Below, piece by piece: positions 1 to 12,589 of a stretch of 64,000 nucleotides of DNA. A program made the translations under genes and the position numbers. Positions within the stretch are counted from its first letter, which is position 1. Each line of letters begins with the position of its first letter. Below the pieces are notes generated by a model. It saw only the letters and a list, made by a program, of their open reading frames with translations. It made no database searches and was not told where the DNA came from. Origin of the DNA: Octopus bimaculoides (lineage: Eukaryota); assembly GCF_001194135.2 (NCBI RefSeq), contig NC_068982.1:155631039-155695038 (forward strand). The letters run 5' to 3'.

Positions 1-172
1 ACTACACTCTCTGAGTGGTTGGCGTTAGGAAGGGCATCCAGCTGTAGAAACTCTGCCAAATTTAGATTGGAGCCTGGTGTTGCCATCCGGTTTCACCAGT
101 CCTCAGTCAAGTCGTCCAACCCATGCTAGCATGGAAAGCGGACGTTAAACGATGATGATGATGATGATGATG
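1..172 (+). mobile_element. (GAT)n-tailed short retroposon, a 5'-truncated RTE 3' end; one of about 20 copies
   Basis: GAAGGGCATCCAGCTGTAGAAACTCTGCC...CAACCCATGCTAGCATGGAAAGCGGACGTTAAAC(GAT)n. Close copies at 1507-1648, 7960-8093, 9448-9624, 16573-16670, 25501-25637, 28965-29078, 34545-34829, 57440-57758 (+) and 21907-22048, 30355-30485 (-). Diverged copies at 20398-20680, 46622-46915, 47265-47420, 51500-51720, 62590-62760 (-) and 63125-63217 (+). Confidence 0.9.
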
Positions 173-178
173 ACAGAA

Positions 179-393
179 GGCAGCAAGCTGGCAGAAATGT
201 TAGCATGCCGGGCAAAATGCTTAGTGGTATTTCACCTATCTTTACATTCTGGGTTCAAATTCCACCAAGGTCAACTTTGCCTTTCATCCTTTTGGGGTAG
301 ATAAATTAAGTACCAGTTGCATACTGGGGTTGATCTAATTGACTGGCTCCCTCCCCAAAAATTTCGGGCCTTGTGCCTAGTCTAGAAAAGAAT
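179..393 (+). mobile_element. tRNA-derived SINE family B (central block resembles the Meta/MESC domain, by recollection)
   Basis: A-box TGGCAGAAATG, B-box GGGTTCAAATTCC, then TTTGCCTTTCATCCTTTTGGGGTAGATAAATTAAGTACCAG. Further copies at about 21290-21530(-), 24425-24640(+), 24768-24990(-), 28040-28205(-), 52675-52850(-). Confidence 0.8.
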
Positions 394-518
394 GCTGTAT
401 GACAGAAAACATTAATACAACTCAATATTACTTATGAGGGATCAATGTTTTTTTAGCCAGGTTTTCCACCTCTTGTTTTCTATTTTATGGTGGCATTTCT
501 CAATTATGTTTTCTCCAG

Positions 519-647
519 GCAGCATTAGATGTCCTGCAAATGGTAGTGCGAGGAAGTAAGGCACCATTGAGTGATGCACTAGTCCAAGATTGTTTCCCTG
601 CTTCGGTACAATGTATTTTACAAACAGAGGATAATTCCACTATGCAG
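519..647 (+). CDS. IPO9: IPO9 exon (AALDVLQ...NSTMQ)
   Basis: ttctccAG acceptor, GTaagg donor, 129 nt, phase 0-0. Confidence 0.93.
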
Positions 648-3600
648 GTAAGGAAATAATGGTTTAACATTATTCACATCTCTCTCTCTCTCTCTCTTTT
701 TTTTTTTTTTACCTTGATATGATCACCGTCATTTTTATGCTCATTGTCATCCTAATGTCCAAATTTCCATAGTAGATAATGTAGTTTAGTCTTTTAGAAA
801 GTTGCCTTATTAGATGGAACACAAGATGGTGATATATTGAAAAAATCTCTTGTATTACAATAGCTGCTGCTCTTCTGAACGAGGTAGCTACATACTTTAC
901 TTTTTGTGTCCACTCAACACATTAGTTTCTTCTCTCATCACTTCTCTGATTAAATACTCCACTCAATCCTTCTTGTCTTGAGCTGGAATTTTTTCTTAGT
1001 TCATGTTTAGTTTTGAAGATATTAATGAATGATCTAACAGAATATGAAGCGTAGTGTGAGAGGACATGCAGAAGTCATAGGCACTGCTCTGCCACCTCTG
1101 GCATTTTTCAAATGATTTAGTCAGGAAGAAGGAACTGATGAGATTATGATTGATTTTCATGTTTTTAGCTTGTATAAACCGACATTGGCCACAAAAAGTA
1201 ACCAGGAAAGATTAGATAAGTGAATATTTAAAAAAAAAAACATTTGAAAAGACCCTGCTGAAACAAATACTGTTCAATATTATTATGGAGAATTGGGTAT
1301 CACTGCTACGGTGCCAGGAGTTTAAATGCTTGTGTGACAAATAAACAGATAATACAAAATAATGAAAAGTACATTAAGGTGATGAGATGAGTTTTGAGAT
1401 GTAAAGCTTATCTGACTGATGCTAATGGGAATTCCAGATTTTATATGAAGTAAAATATTTAGCCATTTCAAAGTTTTGAATATTTATGAGTATTTGTAAA
1501 TATTTAGGCGTTAGGAAGGGTATCCAGCTGTAGAAACTCTGCCAGATTAGATTGGAGCCTGGTGCAGCCATCTGGTTCGCCAGTCCTCAGTCAAATCGTC
1601 CAACCCATGCTAGCATGGAAAGCAGACGTTAAACGATGATGATGACGATTTACTGCTTTATGAAGTAAAGATGATTCTCAAGTAGTAGCACTTCGATTAT
1701 TTTTGTAGTTTTTCAAGTCTTAGCTTGAAACAAGACAGTTGTCAGTCAAAAGGTTTACTACAGAGATAATTCATTTTATTTGCAGAGTGGTGGAGAGTGT
1801 CTCCGAGCATTTGCGTCTGTTGGACTGGATCAACTCATGGTTTGGCAGGATGATCATGGTAAGATATCATTTCCTTCATCTCCATTGTCTGATCTCTATT
1901 GTCTTCATCATATCCTGTCAGCTACAAAAAACTTGCACTTGTGCTGAGCAAGATGACATACCACATATACCATGCTATTACCAATGACCTAAAGTTATCA
2001 ACAGTCACTGTATGTCTACTCCATCAGTCGACCATAGTTTTGGAAGTATGTCCATGGTTCACCCTTCCATGGGTCTGATCTTAGTAACTTGGTTGACAGG
2101 CCAAGTTACCATCTATAGATATGCTATTAAAATTTAGCTGAAATAATACTAATCTAACACAAATATCTTCTTTCATGCAGCATTAAAGGTAATGGCTGTT
2201 ACCTTTTTGTCTCTGATGAAACCTTAAAATATTTAAAGGTATTAAAAATATAAAATAAACAGTTTTCTCTAATCCTTTATTTCTTGTTAATCTTGTGTTG
2301 ACATGTGCTTTTATTATAACTATTGGGTTGTCTGGAAAATTTGTGCTGATTTTCGAAAAGGTTGTACCTGACTCTAAAATTTGTGGTCTTGTGCCTATGT
2401 TAGAAATTGTTTTATATATGTTTATATATATATATTTCTTTGTTTCCCTCCTAATTTAGGTAAAAATGGTTTGTTCTACATCATCCAGGTGATAGCCAAA
2501 TTACTTGACCCCAAGACTCCTGAGTTTACTGCAACATTTGTTGGCAAACTAGTCTCAGTGATTATCAGTAAAGTTGGTAGTCAGCTTGGAGAAGATCTCG
2601 ACTTGATGCTTAGGTCTGTCTTGGGCAAAATGCAACGTTCAGAAACTTTATCTGTCATACAGGTAAATAATTTAAGACCAAATTTATATTTGTATTTATT
2701 CAATTTTTTTTGCCACACCCCTATTTTTGACGAGAAGGTAATATTGTTTGCAGCCATTCTTTTCTTGCCATGGTGTTGGACAAGTTTTTAACAGTTCAAA
2801 AACCTCTTAAATTTATTAAACATGGCAATTTGTCAGCCCCCACTTCAATTCTCAGCCTATTTCCCACCCCAACTTGCAGTTTTCAATCTTCTTTTGATAA
2901 ATTCTTTAACCTTTACTCTGTTAAATGCAATGCATATTTGTTCACATTGCTTTGAATTAATCATGCAGTGTCTCCTAGCTTTGAGATTTTGACGGTGTGA
3001 TTGTTTATTTTTAGAAGGCATGACAGGGTAAGTGTGAGAGGCTGGATCTCCTCTGTCTAAATGTAAAACAGGTAGAATGTTTTGGCTGGATATGGTTGGT
3101 TTAAATGCTAAAGGGTAAAAAATATACCTCTAATAGTGTGATATACATCAGCTATAAAACATGTCAATACTTCAGATGATAATCCTCATTTAATGTCCTT
3201 TTTGCATGTTGGCATTGATGGACATAATTCTCTAGCTTACCACCTCCTATCAAACCATTCCGACCATATCTGCTTTGGCATGGTTTCTATGGCTTGATGC
3301 CCTTCCTAATGCCAACCAATTTATAGTACATAGTGTACTGGATGCTTTTTACATGGCACCAGCATTGGTATGGTCACCAAGTAACTTGCAAAGGCTATTT
3401 AGCCGCTTTAAACTATATAAAGGGACGGAAACACAAGCGTCTTGCTGCAGAGGAGATACATAAATACCCCAGTCGGAGAGAGAGAGAAATATAGTGGGAG
3501 AAAGCCAGAACATACTTGTAAGGTACAGGTGGATGAATGTAAGTAGTAGTGAAGATTGAAGAGGGTGAGTATGGAGGGAGTTCACGAAAGTGCAAAGTGG

Positions 3601-6600
3601 GAGAGGGGAGAGAAGGAATACAGTAAGTGGTATATTAGGGATCAGAATAAAGCAAGAGAGATGACAAAGTAGCATTGGGCTGCTGAAGCAGTCAGAGATA
3701 GATGAGCTGCATGGTGTATGAAGAGAGGTTTGGTTCATTGGGGCGGGGTGTGTGAGTTAAACATGTGGGTGAAATACATAGTGCTTCCAGAACTTAGTTT
3801 TGCTGAGGTTGGGCAGTTCTTCCCAAGAACCTTGTATCACCAGACATCTTGGTCCTTTGTCATCTCTTCTATGTGGCTCAACATCTTGAAATCAGCCCTC
3901 ACCACTTCATCCTGTGTCTTCCAGGGTCTCTCTCTTCCACAGGTTTCATCCACTCTAAGTGATTGGCTCTTTTTTTGATACAACTGTTTTCAATCTCAGC
4001 AAAAGAGATGTCAGATTAATTGCATAATATCTGTATATTTAACCTGCCAAAATAGACAAGTGTTAATCTGTGTAGACCTGTGACATCAAAATAATGTTCT
4101 TTTAGGTTGATGATCTCTGGTAAAATGTACTGAACATGGCCATGTCTGGGCATGGTGTTTAAAAGTTTGTTTCACGATCATGTGGTTCCTGGATCGATCC
4201 CACAATGTGTCACCTTGGAGATGTCTTCTATCATAGCCTTTGTTTGACCTAAGCTTAGTAAGTAAAATTGTTTTGAAAGAAATTGTGCAGAAACCTGTCA
4301 GGCTCTACCTATTCTTGTGTAGTAGACTTAATCCAATTTGTTCAATGACAACATAAACACCATGAACTGGCTCTTGCGTGTCTGTTTATCAGAGTCCACT
4401 TTGGGTGGTAAGTAGAACTCCAGTTTAAGAATAACTTGATATATCTAAATGTACTGCTTCCTATTACAGCAATTTGTGTTGTGATTTCTCTTTTTTTTTT
4501 TAATTATTATCAACTATGTCCTGTCCTTCAGTTCATTATATTACACAAGTTTGAAAAGATATTCTTTTACTTGTTTCAGTCATTTGACTGCAGGCATGCT
4601 GGAACACTGCCTTGAAGGATTTTAGTCAAATCGGCCCCAGGACTTTTTTTAAAGCCTAGGACTTATTCTATCAATCTCTTTTACTGAACTGTTAAGTTAT
4701 GGGGACTAAACACATCAACACTGGCTGTCAAGCAGTGATGGCGGAACAGACACACACACACACATAGATATGTACATATATATATATACAATGGGCTCCT
4801 TTCAGGTTTCTGTCTACTAAATCCACTCACGAGACTGGGCAGTCCGAGGCTATAGTAGAAGACACCTGCTCAAGGTGTCCCATAGTGGAACTGAACCCGG
4901 AACCATGGGGTTGGAAAGCAAGCTTCTTACCACACAGCCGTCTACATCTATGGAGACTAGACTTTAAGAAGAAAAAAAATTTTTTAAGATTTTTGATGAA
5001 ATATAAAATCTGAATATGTTTAGGAGATAAACCATGGGCATAAGTACTACAAACATATTTACTGTAAGCAAAATCTCAATATTTCTTGAAGAAAAGTGTT
5101 GTGTTATTTTTATTAAATTTTTGGATAGCTATTTAAAAGAAAGGAATGGGAATTGGGGATTATTTGCTAAAATAGATCACTATAAAAGATTAGGAACTAA
5201 TGATCTATATTCATCTATTTGGTTATCTCTAGCTAGTAGACTTAACTATTTAATTGATATTGTCTATTATCATACTGTTTCTTAATTCAGAGTTTGGTGA
5301 TGATTTTTGCACATCTCACTCACACACAAATGGAAGCCTTATTGGCATTTCTTTCCAATGTACCTGGACCAACAGGCAAACCAGCATTACATTTTGTTCT
5401 TACTGAATGGTGTTCACGCCAGCATCTCTTCTATGGTGCCTATGAAAATAAAGTCAGGTGAGTTCTTTAACAGTTGTTGTCTATCCCCAGGTCGGTTATG
5501 AACCAAGAAACCTATATTCAGACCTCTTTTGTTCAGGCATATGTATTGAGTGCTGTATTATCCAGTGTAGCCTATTTTAAAACCTGATTTGAAGAATTGG
5601 CTATTTTTAGTCCGTTCAGCCACTCCATTAGTTTTTTTTGTTTGTTCAATTTCACAGTTGCTTTTGCTCAGAAAGCAGTTTGTAAAACTAAAACTTAGGC
5701 ATTTTGTATGACTAAAACTAATCTTCTGTAATGTAAACTAAGCCACTCAATTGGGAATAGTTTTCATGCATTTGTGTTATACTGCCCATCTTCCAGCACT
5801 ACATTTGTTTCATGATGCTAGTATGTGTTACCAACTAAGGCAATCCTTTGTCATCTCCCCTGTGAGATGCAACATTTTCAAATCAGTCTTCACCACTTCT
5901 CCGGTCTTCTTTAATCTAACCATAGTGCATCAGCAGAGATAAATGTCAGTGTCATGCAAGTCAAGACTGGTCTAAGCTTTATTATCATGTATAGTGTGTG
6001 TGTGTTCATTTATTTGAAACTGAAGCTCAATTTCATTAATACTACATGTACTTTTGATACATACATATTAATATTTGTTCTTTGTTTTACAGTATTGTTG
6101 CTCTAACCAAACTTCTACAGCATGCTGTTAATACCAATGATACACGTTTTAATGAAATTGAAGTTACTGGAGATGAGATTATTGATGACAGCGGTATTCG
6201 AACACGATCCCAAAGAAATAAAAGTAAGTGGATTTTTTTGCATATAATGGTTTTTATTTTAGTGTAATGTTTAATAAAATAATTTTCATTTTCTCTAAAC
6301 CTCCTTTTAATTTTGGTTACCTTTTTAGTTTTTATTATTAAATGTAACTAACTTTGTGATAAAGCAGTTGACTTTGTAATTGTGTAGCTTCTGGTTCAAC
6401 TCCACATTGTAATACCTTGGGTTAAATATTTTGTGAATTTTATGTTACTTTGTTCAGCACAACTATTTGCTGTATAGATTCTTTTTATGCAGTTCAGTCT
6501 GTTGGAAGCATTCAACTTAGGTTCTTGTCTTGATGTTAACTTCTTCCCGCCTGTCCCATACAGCCTCAAAAAATGGTTGTTGGACTTGAAAATGCTCCTG

Positions 6601-9600
6601 GTTGAGCCATAAAAAATTAAAATACACAGCTTCAGGTTGACTTGTGGTGAAAGTCATTTACATGTTTCTCTAATATTTTGTGATATTTAAATCCATAAGA
6701 GTTCATTTTATAAATGGATGAAAATCAGATGAACTTATTCTGATAATCATTTTATTGGTCTCTACTAATTGTATGGCTGAGTGCTGTGGTTGATATAATG
6801 GACTAAAACATTGACGGCTGTGCTCCAGCATAGCCCCAATCCAGTAACTGAAAACAATGAATGATTAAAAGGATATTGAATGTAAGATTGTAGTCATGAG
6901 GTTTCTTGGTAAAGTCTGTTAGGTGGTAACTCAAGCCTTATCATTTCCACCTTATTCTAGTTGTAGCAAATGTGCTTCCAAAGATACCATAGATGTTAGG
7001 TAGATTAAATATACAAGTTTGGTTGTGTGTTTAAGAAGCATTTTTAATAGGTAAGAGTAAGAATATTAATTCAATTCATTAGAAAGGAAAATTAAAAAGA
7101 TCTAGACCTTAGTACAAAATGCAGATTCTAACAGGAAAAGTGGTCCAGCCATTTGTAAATATTAACAAAAGGCAAGCTAGATTATTTGGAGGTATGTTGT
7201 TCACAATTGAAGAGACTATTAAAAACGTTATAATTAAAGTGCTTTGGTATATTGATTGTAGTAATCTAGACATAATTTAAAGACAAGCAGATTAAATGAA
7301 ATGATTCGAATTAATGATAGATCAGAATGCCTTAGAAAGTTAATTTCAAGTCATTTTGCAGATTTGTTTAATCCTTACCAACATAAATGAACAAAATTGA
7401 TAATTATATTTAAATAGGAAATAAAAGCCCAGAGTCTGAGGGAACTAGTGATAAATTGCAAATTAGAATGAATTTATGTCTCATAAAGATGAGAATAGGG
7501 ATGTTTTGCAAACCACATTTAAAGCTAGTCATTAAAGGAGTAGTTTTCCTTTTTATATGTAACTTAGGAATGTTTAATGTGTATATTGTCTTAAAATAGT
7601 TTAGATTTTGTAATATTTTAGTATTTTTTATTTTCATATAATATATTGAATTATAATTTTTTCAATGTATTCTGGTCAGATTAATTAATAAAATATCTTG
7701 GCTTTGTTATTCTTAGCTCCAACTCAGTGGACACGGGTACCAGTTTTAGTTAAAATTTACAAACTGATTGTGAATGAACTTTCAAATCAAATGGAAACTA
7801 ACATGGCAAGCAATATTCCTGATGAAGATGAATTAATTGATGTAAGTATTTTTTTTCTTTCTTTTGTTGACTAGACCCATATAGTTTAAGGTTCAATCCT
7901 ATTGTGTGGCGTTTGGGGCAGGTTTTTTTTTAATTTTTTAAAAAATTTATATATATATAGGAAGGGCATCCAGCTGTAGAAACTCTGCCAAATCAGACTG
8001 GAGCCTGGTGTTGCCATCCGGTTTCACCAGTCCTCAGTCAAATCGTCCAACCCATGCTAGCATGGAAAGCGGACGTTAAACGATGATGATGATACTATAT
8101 TCCTTGGATAACCAAAGCCTTGTGGAGTGAATTTTGTATACAGAAACTGAAAGCACACTTGCATGCATACATACATACACTCATACACTTGTTCTTTCAT
8201 TTTTGTCTGTTTTCCTATGTTGAATGGCTAGTTCATGAGAAGACATTACAATGGTGAAATTTGAAATTTGGCCAACCCATGCCAACCAGTGTGTAACAAT
8301 GATACTAAAATTGTCTTTTTCCCCCTTTTTTTGTAAGAGTATAATTTATTATAATTCCAACATCTTGAATGGTATTTCATCAAACTTGGAAGAATGAAGG
8401 GCAGAGTTGAATTGCTGTTTGATTCTCTTTACTTTCTGTATTCAGATCCAACCAGGTTTATAGGAAGTGTGTTTGAAACTAGTAAAAGAAATAAGAGAAT
8501 CAGGTGCAACTAAAAGATTGCTAGACATTTTGTTCTCCATTCTGCTGTTCATTGACCTGATGATGGTGCTGAATATTGTTGAACATACCGTAATTAAAAA
8601 TATGTATTTTAAGAACTTCTAGTGTTATATCTCTATACTTTAGTGAAGGATATGATTGGCTAGATTCTTTTAACTTAATTTAACCCTTTAGCAGTCAAAT
8701 GTAATGCTTATATATTCACATTGTTTTGAATTGACTATGAATTATCTTGTAGCTTTGAAATTTTGATTATGTGATTATCTTTGGAATGACATTGTAGGAT
8801 GTGTGTATGAGGCTGGAACTGATCTGTTTGAACATAAGAGCCAGATAGAATATTTTGGCCTGATTTGGCCGTCTTAAATGCTAAAGGGTTAAACCTGGAA
8901 ACCGATGAATGGCTTCTGAGAGCCATATAAGCAACGTACAGGGTTGCTGTCAAAATGATGGGAATTAGAAATTAGCTCAGCAGCAAATTTAGTGTACAGG
9001 TGGCAGTTCACTTGGGCTAGTCATTGTTCTTCTGGCCATAACAGAAGAATTTTAAGCCTAGTTTCCTTTGGGAACTATTGTATGCTGATAACCTTGTTCT
9101 TGTAAGCAGAATCTGTAATAGAATGAGAACAGAAATGTAGTTGTAAAAGCAAAACCTGGAATTGGAGGTCCTTACTGAAGTTCTAGAAAGCAGGAAAATG
9201 GACAGGATTCTACTCTCTTCATCTTCAGGAAAACAATCCTGCTTGATAAATAGAAATGATATAGATAGAAATTCCATACTGGTCTATCCAGTGCAAGCCA
9301 TGGACACCAGAAGTGCAGTGGAATCACCAAGTTAACAAAGCAAATAGGCTGTTTATTGTTCCTGTGCATCTACCACACCAAGACCATACAGGATGTATAA
9401 GATTTTTTCAAATGCTCAGGAGACTTCCTAGAGTAGTAAATAGTTTGTGCCGGTGGCACGTAAAAGCACCCACTACACTCTGAGTGGTTGGCGTTAGGAA
9501 GGGCATCCAGCTGTAGAAACTCTGCCAGATCAGATTGGAGCCTGGTGCAGCCTTCTGGTTTGCTAGTCCTCAGTCAAATCGTCCAACCCATGCTAGTATG

Positions 9601-11848
9601 GAAAGTGGATGTTAAACGATGATGAAGTGAGTGAGTTAGTAGTAGGGGAGAAATCTTTGAAAGTATAGTTACTAGAGTAAGATTAGAATGGAGAAAGTTC
9701 AGAGAGTTATTACAAATGTAATATAGCAATTTATTTGGTTGTGGAATTTTTGAACTGTGTAACTGATAATAGAATTAGTCAGATTGTCAATCAAAATGAA
9801 AATACCATGTTTTGTCCTTTTTATCGATTCTTCTCACCCTCCTCTCAATTTTTTTTTTTTTTAACAGGAGGATGAGTTTGAAGAAGGTGATGATGATGAA
9901 GATGAAGTATCTGATGGTACAACGTTGAGTAGTATATTAGAGGATTATGGAGGTGATGGTTTAAATGGTAAGTGTATTACTTGTATGGGGGTGGGGAACT
10001 ATTTTTAGGTTCAAAATAATGAGAGAGCCATTGCATAATTGCTTAACATATTAAGAATAGTGGCTAATTCTTGCTCTTATTACACTAGTCTTTAATAAGA
10101 ATGAACATGGTGGATAATATTATTTAAGATAAACTGAATTTAAAAAAACAGGGTTATCACTGCAAGTTTTTAGTTTAATTATATGAAAATACAAAAGATT
10201 GTAGAATCAGTGTCTCTATGAATAACTGCCTTCTCTCTTTTCTCTCAATATTTGTCTTTCTGTTAGCTTCCATTCTTTAGAAAGAAGTGTGTATGACAGA
10301 ATTTAATAGTCTCTAAAAAAAAAAGATACCTCAGGGTATTTGATTATCTCCCTTCGCGTTTTTCAAATTCAACTTAGATCAGCTTAAATCTTTCATCCTT
10401 CAAGGTCAGTGAAAATAAGCACAAGGACTAACGTTGGTATAATTAACTATAACTTTAAAAGCAATGTCCTAACATGGTGTCAGTTCGATGCCTGAAACCA
10501 GTAAAGAAAAAAATATATAAAGAAAAGCTGAGAGTGGGTTGTTTCAATAAGAACCTCTTAAAAAGTTGTGTGGGATCATAGTATTGCTCTGTCATGTTTG
10601 GCATGTTTCTAACAGACATACAGAAACAGACTGGACAGTGGGCAGAGTAAGACCTGCCCAGACTATTGCATGTCATAATGTGCAGTATGGTTTTCAACTT
10701 GGCCAAACTGTAGAAAATATGGAGTTGTGAGATTGAACCTAGTTGTTCAATTCAGAGCTGACCTGGAATTAAAACAACCTAGAGTATTTAGTTTCGCCTC
10801 TGACCTGATTTTAAATACTACCAACCAAATATTAGTTCCAGGGCCCTTTACATAAAAATATGTCCAACCCTTGTCAGCATGGAAGGTTGGCGTTGAATGA
10901 TGATGAAATATGTGGCCTTATGCCAAAATAAAATTAATATTGTCTTTCTTGGTGTTGATTTAATCAACTATATGCTTCCTTCAGATTTGTTGTGCCAATG
11001 ATAGATAGAAACCAGTATTTTTTCCTGGCAAATGTAGAGTACAATCATGTTCTTGCTAAATCAAGTTTGTGACCTGCAGTCAATTAAGCTACTGATAATC
11101 CCCCCTTGAGGAGAGTCAGGAGAGGGCATAAATATTACTAATTTCTTTTATGAGAAAAAAACTCACTCTTGTGAGAACTTCATGCACCATTGCAGATAGT
11201 CAGTTGGATGATCTTTTTTTGTTGCTAGGGGTGTCTATCTGTGGGTGATCATCTTGATTTTGGATGTTAGGGAACAGTTTATTATATTGACTAACTCCTG
11301 TTGTATGAAAGGCAAAGTTGACCTCAGGAAGACTTACTTTGAGCATAAAAGGCTGTACCTCAAAGCATTTCAGCTGATGTACTGATCTTGTGACATCTAA
11401 CCACCTTTTTCTGTTTTTAATTACCTGTTTTTATTTTATTTTTTTCTTCAGTTCTAAAATCTGGGCTGGATGAAGACGAAGATCCTGATGCACTGGCTGA
11501 CCCAGTTTATCATATTGATCTGCAGGTAATGACTTTCACTTATTCTATTATTTCTTAGGAATACCTAGTTTCTTTTAAATTTTAGTCGTTTCTTAAAATT
11601 TCTGTTTTCTATGTCTAATATTCTAGGTACTCTTGATATTTGACATTGTTGAAAATTCCATATTACCAATGCATTTAAAAAAAAAAATTTTTTTTTTTTT
11701 ATATATAATACCATTTTCTTTCTCTTCCCAGGCATACTTATCAGAATTCTTGCAGTCTTTGTCACAGCAAGCATTTTACAACATGTTTAGCAGCCATCAT
11801 ACCCCAGCTGAGCGACAAGTGTTACAAGCCATTGGTATCCAGTGTTAA
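519..11848 (+). CDS. IPO9: Importin-9, 3' part: nine coding exons 519-647, 1786-1858, 2460-2662, 5291-5457, 6093-6223, 7717-7841, 9868-9967, 11452-11525, 11732-11848 (5' exons lie outside the window)
   Basis: All introns are GT-AG with compatible phases (0,1,0,2,1,0,1,0). The spliced translation ([12 protein letters not shown]...[16 protein letters not shown].../[17 protein letters not shown].../[25 protein letters not shown].../[23 protein letters not shown]...LQAIGIQC*) follows the recalled IPO9 C-terminal half, including the acidic loop. Confidence 0.96.
1786..1858 (+). CDS. IPO9: IPO9 exon ([25 protein letters not shown])
   Basis: tttgcAG acceptor, GTaaga donor, 73 nt, phase 0-1. Confidence 0.93.
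2460..2662 (+). CDS. IPO9: IPO9 exon (KNGLFYIIQ...ETLSVIQ)
   Basis: aatttAG acceptor, GTaaat donor, 203 nt, phase 1-0. Confidence 0.93.
2910..3115 (+). mobile_element. Second, decayed copy of the 8684 MITE
   Basis: Shares the internal sequence (ttcacattg.tttgaatt...agctttga.attttga...gaggctgga) and the right end taaatgctaaaggg. Confidence 0.75.
3180..3990 (-). mobile_element. RTE 3' end (coding terminus, purine-rich UTR, conserved tail) in an IPO9 intron
   Basis: [21 protein letters not shown] on the minus strand at about 3960-3860, continuous with the tail-motif homology at 3180-3390. Confidence 0.7.
4566..4935 (-). mobile_element. SINE family A copy in an IPO9 intron
   Basis: Reverse-strand homology to 36471-36834 over its length. 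Confidence 0.8.
5291..5457 (+). CDS. IPO9: IPO9 exon (SLVMIFAHL...YENKV)
   Basis: aattcAG acceptor, GTgagt donor, 167 nt, phase 0-2; coding frame not shown in the ORF track. Confidence 0.93.
6093..6223 (+). CDS. IPO9: IPO9 exon ([10 protein letters not shown]...RTRSQRNK)
   Basis: ttttacAG acceptor, GTaagt donor, 131 nt, phase 2-1. Confidence 0.93.
7717..7841 (+). CDS. IPO9: IPO9 exon ([22 protein letters not shown]...)
   Basis: ttcttAG acceptor, GTaagt donor, 125 nt, phase 1-0. Confidence 0.92.
8684..8888 (+). mobile_element. piggyBac-like MITE, 205 bp
   Basis: TTAA|CCCTTTAGCA ... TGCTAAAGGG|TTAA: perfect 10-bp TIR and TTAA duplication. Confidence 0.85.
8895..9730 (+). mobile_element. Old RTE RT remnant interrupted by a younger (GAT)n-tailed copy at 9448-9624
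   Basis: DEWLLRAI..., [10 protein letters not shown] before the insertion; [13 protein letters not shown] resumes after 9625. Confidence 0.65.
9868..9967 (+). CDS. IPO9: IPO9 acidic-loop exon ([13 protein letters not shown]...)
   Basis: poly-T tract then aacAG acceptor, GTaagt donor, 100 nt, phase 0-1. Confidence 0.9.
11452..11525 (+). CDS. IPO9: IPO9 exon ([24 protein letters not shown])
   Basis: cttcAG acceptor, GTaatg donor, 74 nt, phase 1-0. Confidence 0.92.
11732..11848 (+). CDS. IPO9: IPO9 terminal coding exon (AYLSEFLQ...GIQC*)
   Basis: cttcccAG acceptor, TAA at 11846-11848, AATAAA cluster at about 12150-12187. Confidence 0.93.
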   Translation, partial: AYLSEFLQSLSQQAFYNMFSSHHTPAERQVLQAIGIQC

Positions 11849-12589
11849 TTAATCACCTTATTACACATATTTTATCCTCTTAGCCTTTCTTTTTTCCATA
11901 CCACAAACTCCAACTAATACAACACTGATTCCTCTCTATTGCCAAATACCTGCCAATTGACTTGCAAACAAAGAAAAGAAAGGAAACAATCAAGGCTATG
12001 ATGTAATTAGGTGCTGTCGTTTTAATTTCCTTGCTGCATCTACCTTTTAAAACCACGTATCTTGGTCAATGCCATCCAAGCGAATTGTTACATTCACTCT
12101 CTTCCCAACTTAATTTTATATATCATAAAACATTTTCTTTTTAAGATATTTAATAAAGGCTTGTAAATAATAAATAATAAAAATAAACAGTTCCAAATTT
12201 CTTTTTTAGAATGATTTTTGTTTAAATTTGGTTTTATCTTCATATTGTTCCTCTAGTTAATTCAAGCACTGTTTATAGATCTATGTCCTTTCTAGTCAAG
12301 CAAACATGTGATCAGAGATGTTCCAGCTATGAGCAATCTCCACTCCATCTCACCTAACATTATTTATTTCTTACTTTATTGTATTTAACTTCAGGTCAGT
12401 CCCAATCCTGTAAACTTATGTCAAAGACATTTTAAATGTTACCATCCCAGTGTTTATTTATAGTTTATGTAGCACTACATTAGCTGTATGCCTTTCTCTG
12501 TTGTTGTTTATTCCTAGATCAACTCTTTGATCAGTTACTTTCCAACTGTGGAGATTCAAATTTTTTTCCCTATAGACATAGTGTATCTA

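Noticed and set aside
179-270. tRNA-like A/B boxes (also at about 36479)
   Set aside because: They are heads of multi-copy SINEs; no complete cloverleaf.
8558-8640. TGATGA box-C-like motif in an IPO9 intron (snoRNA?)
   Set aside because: No properly spaced D box and no terminal stem.
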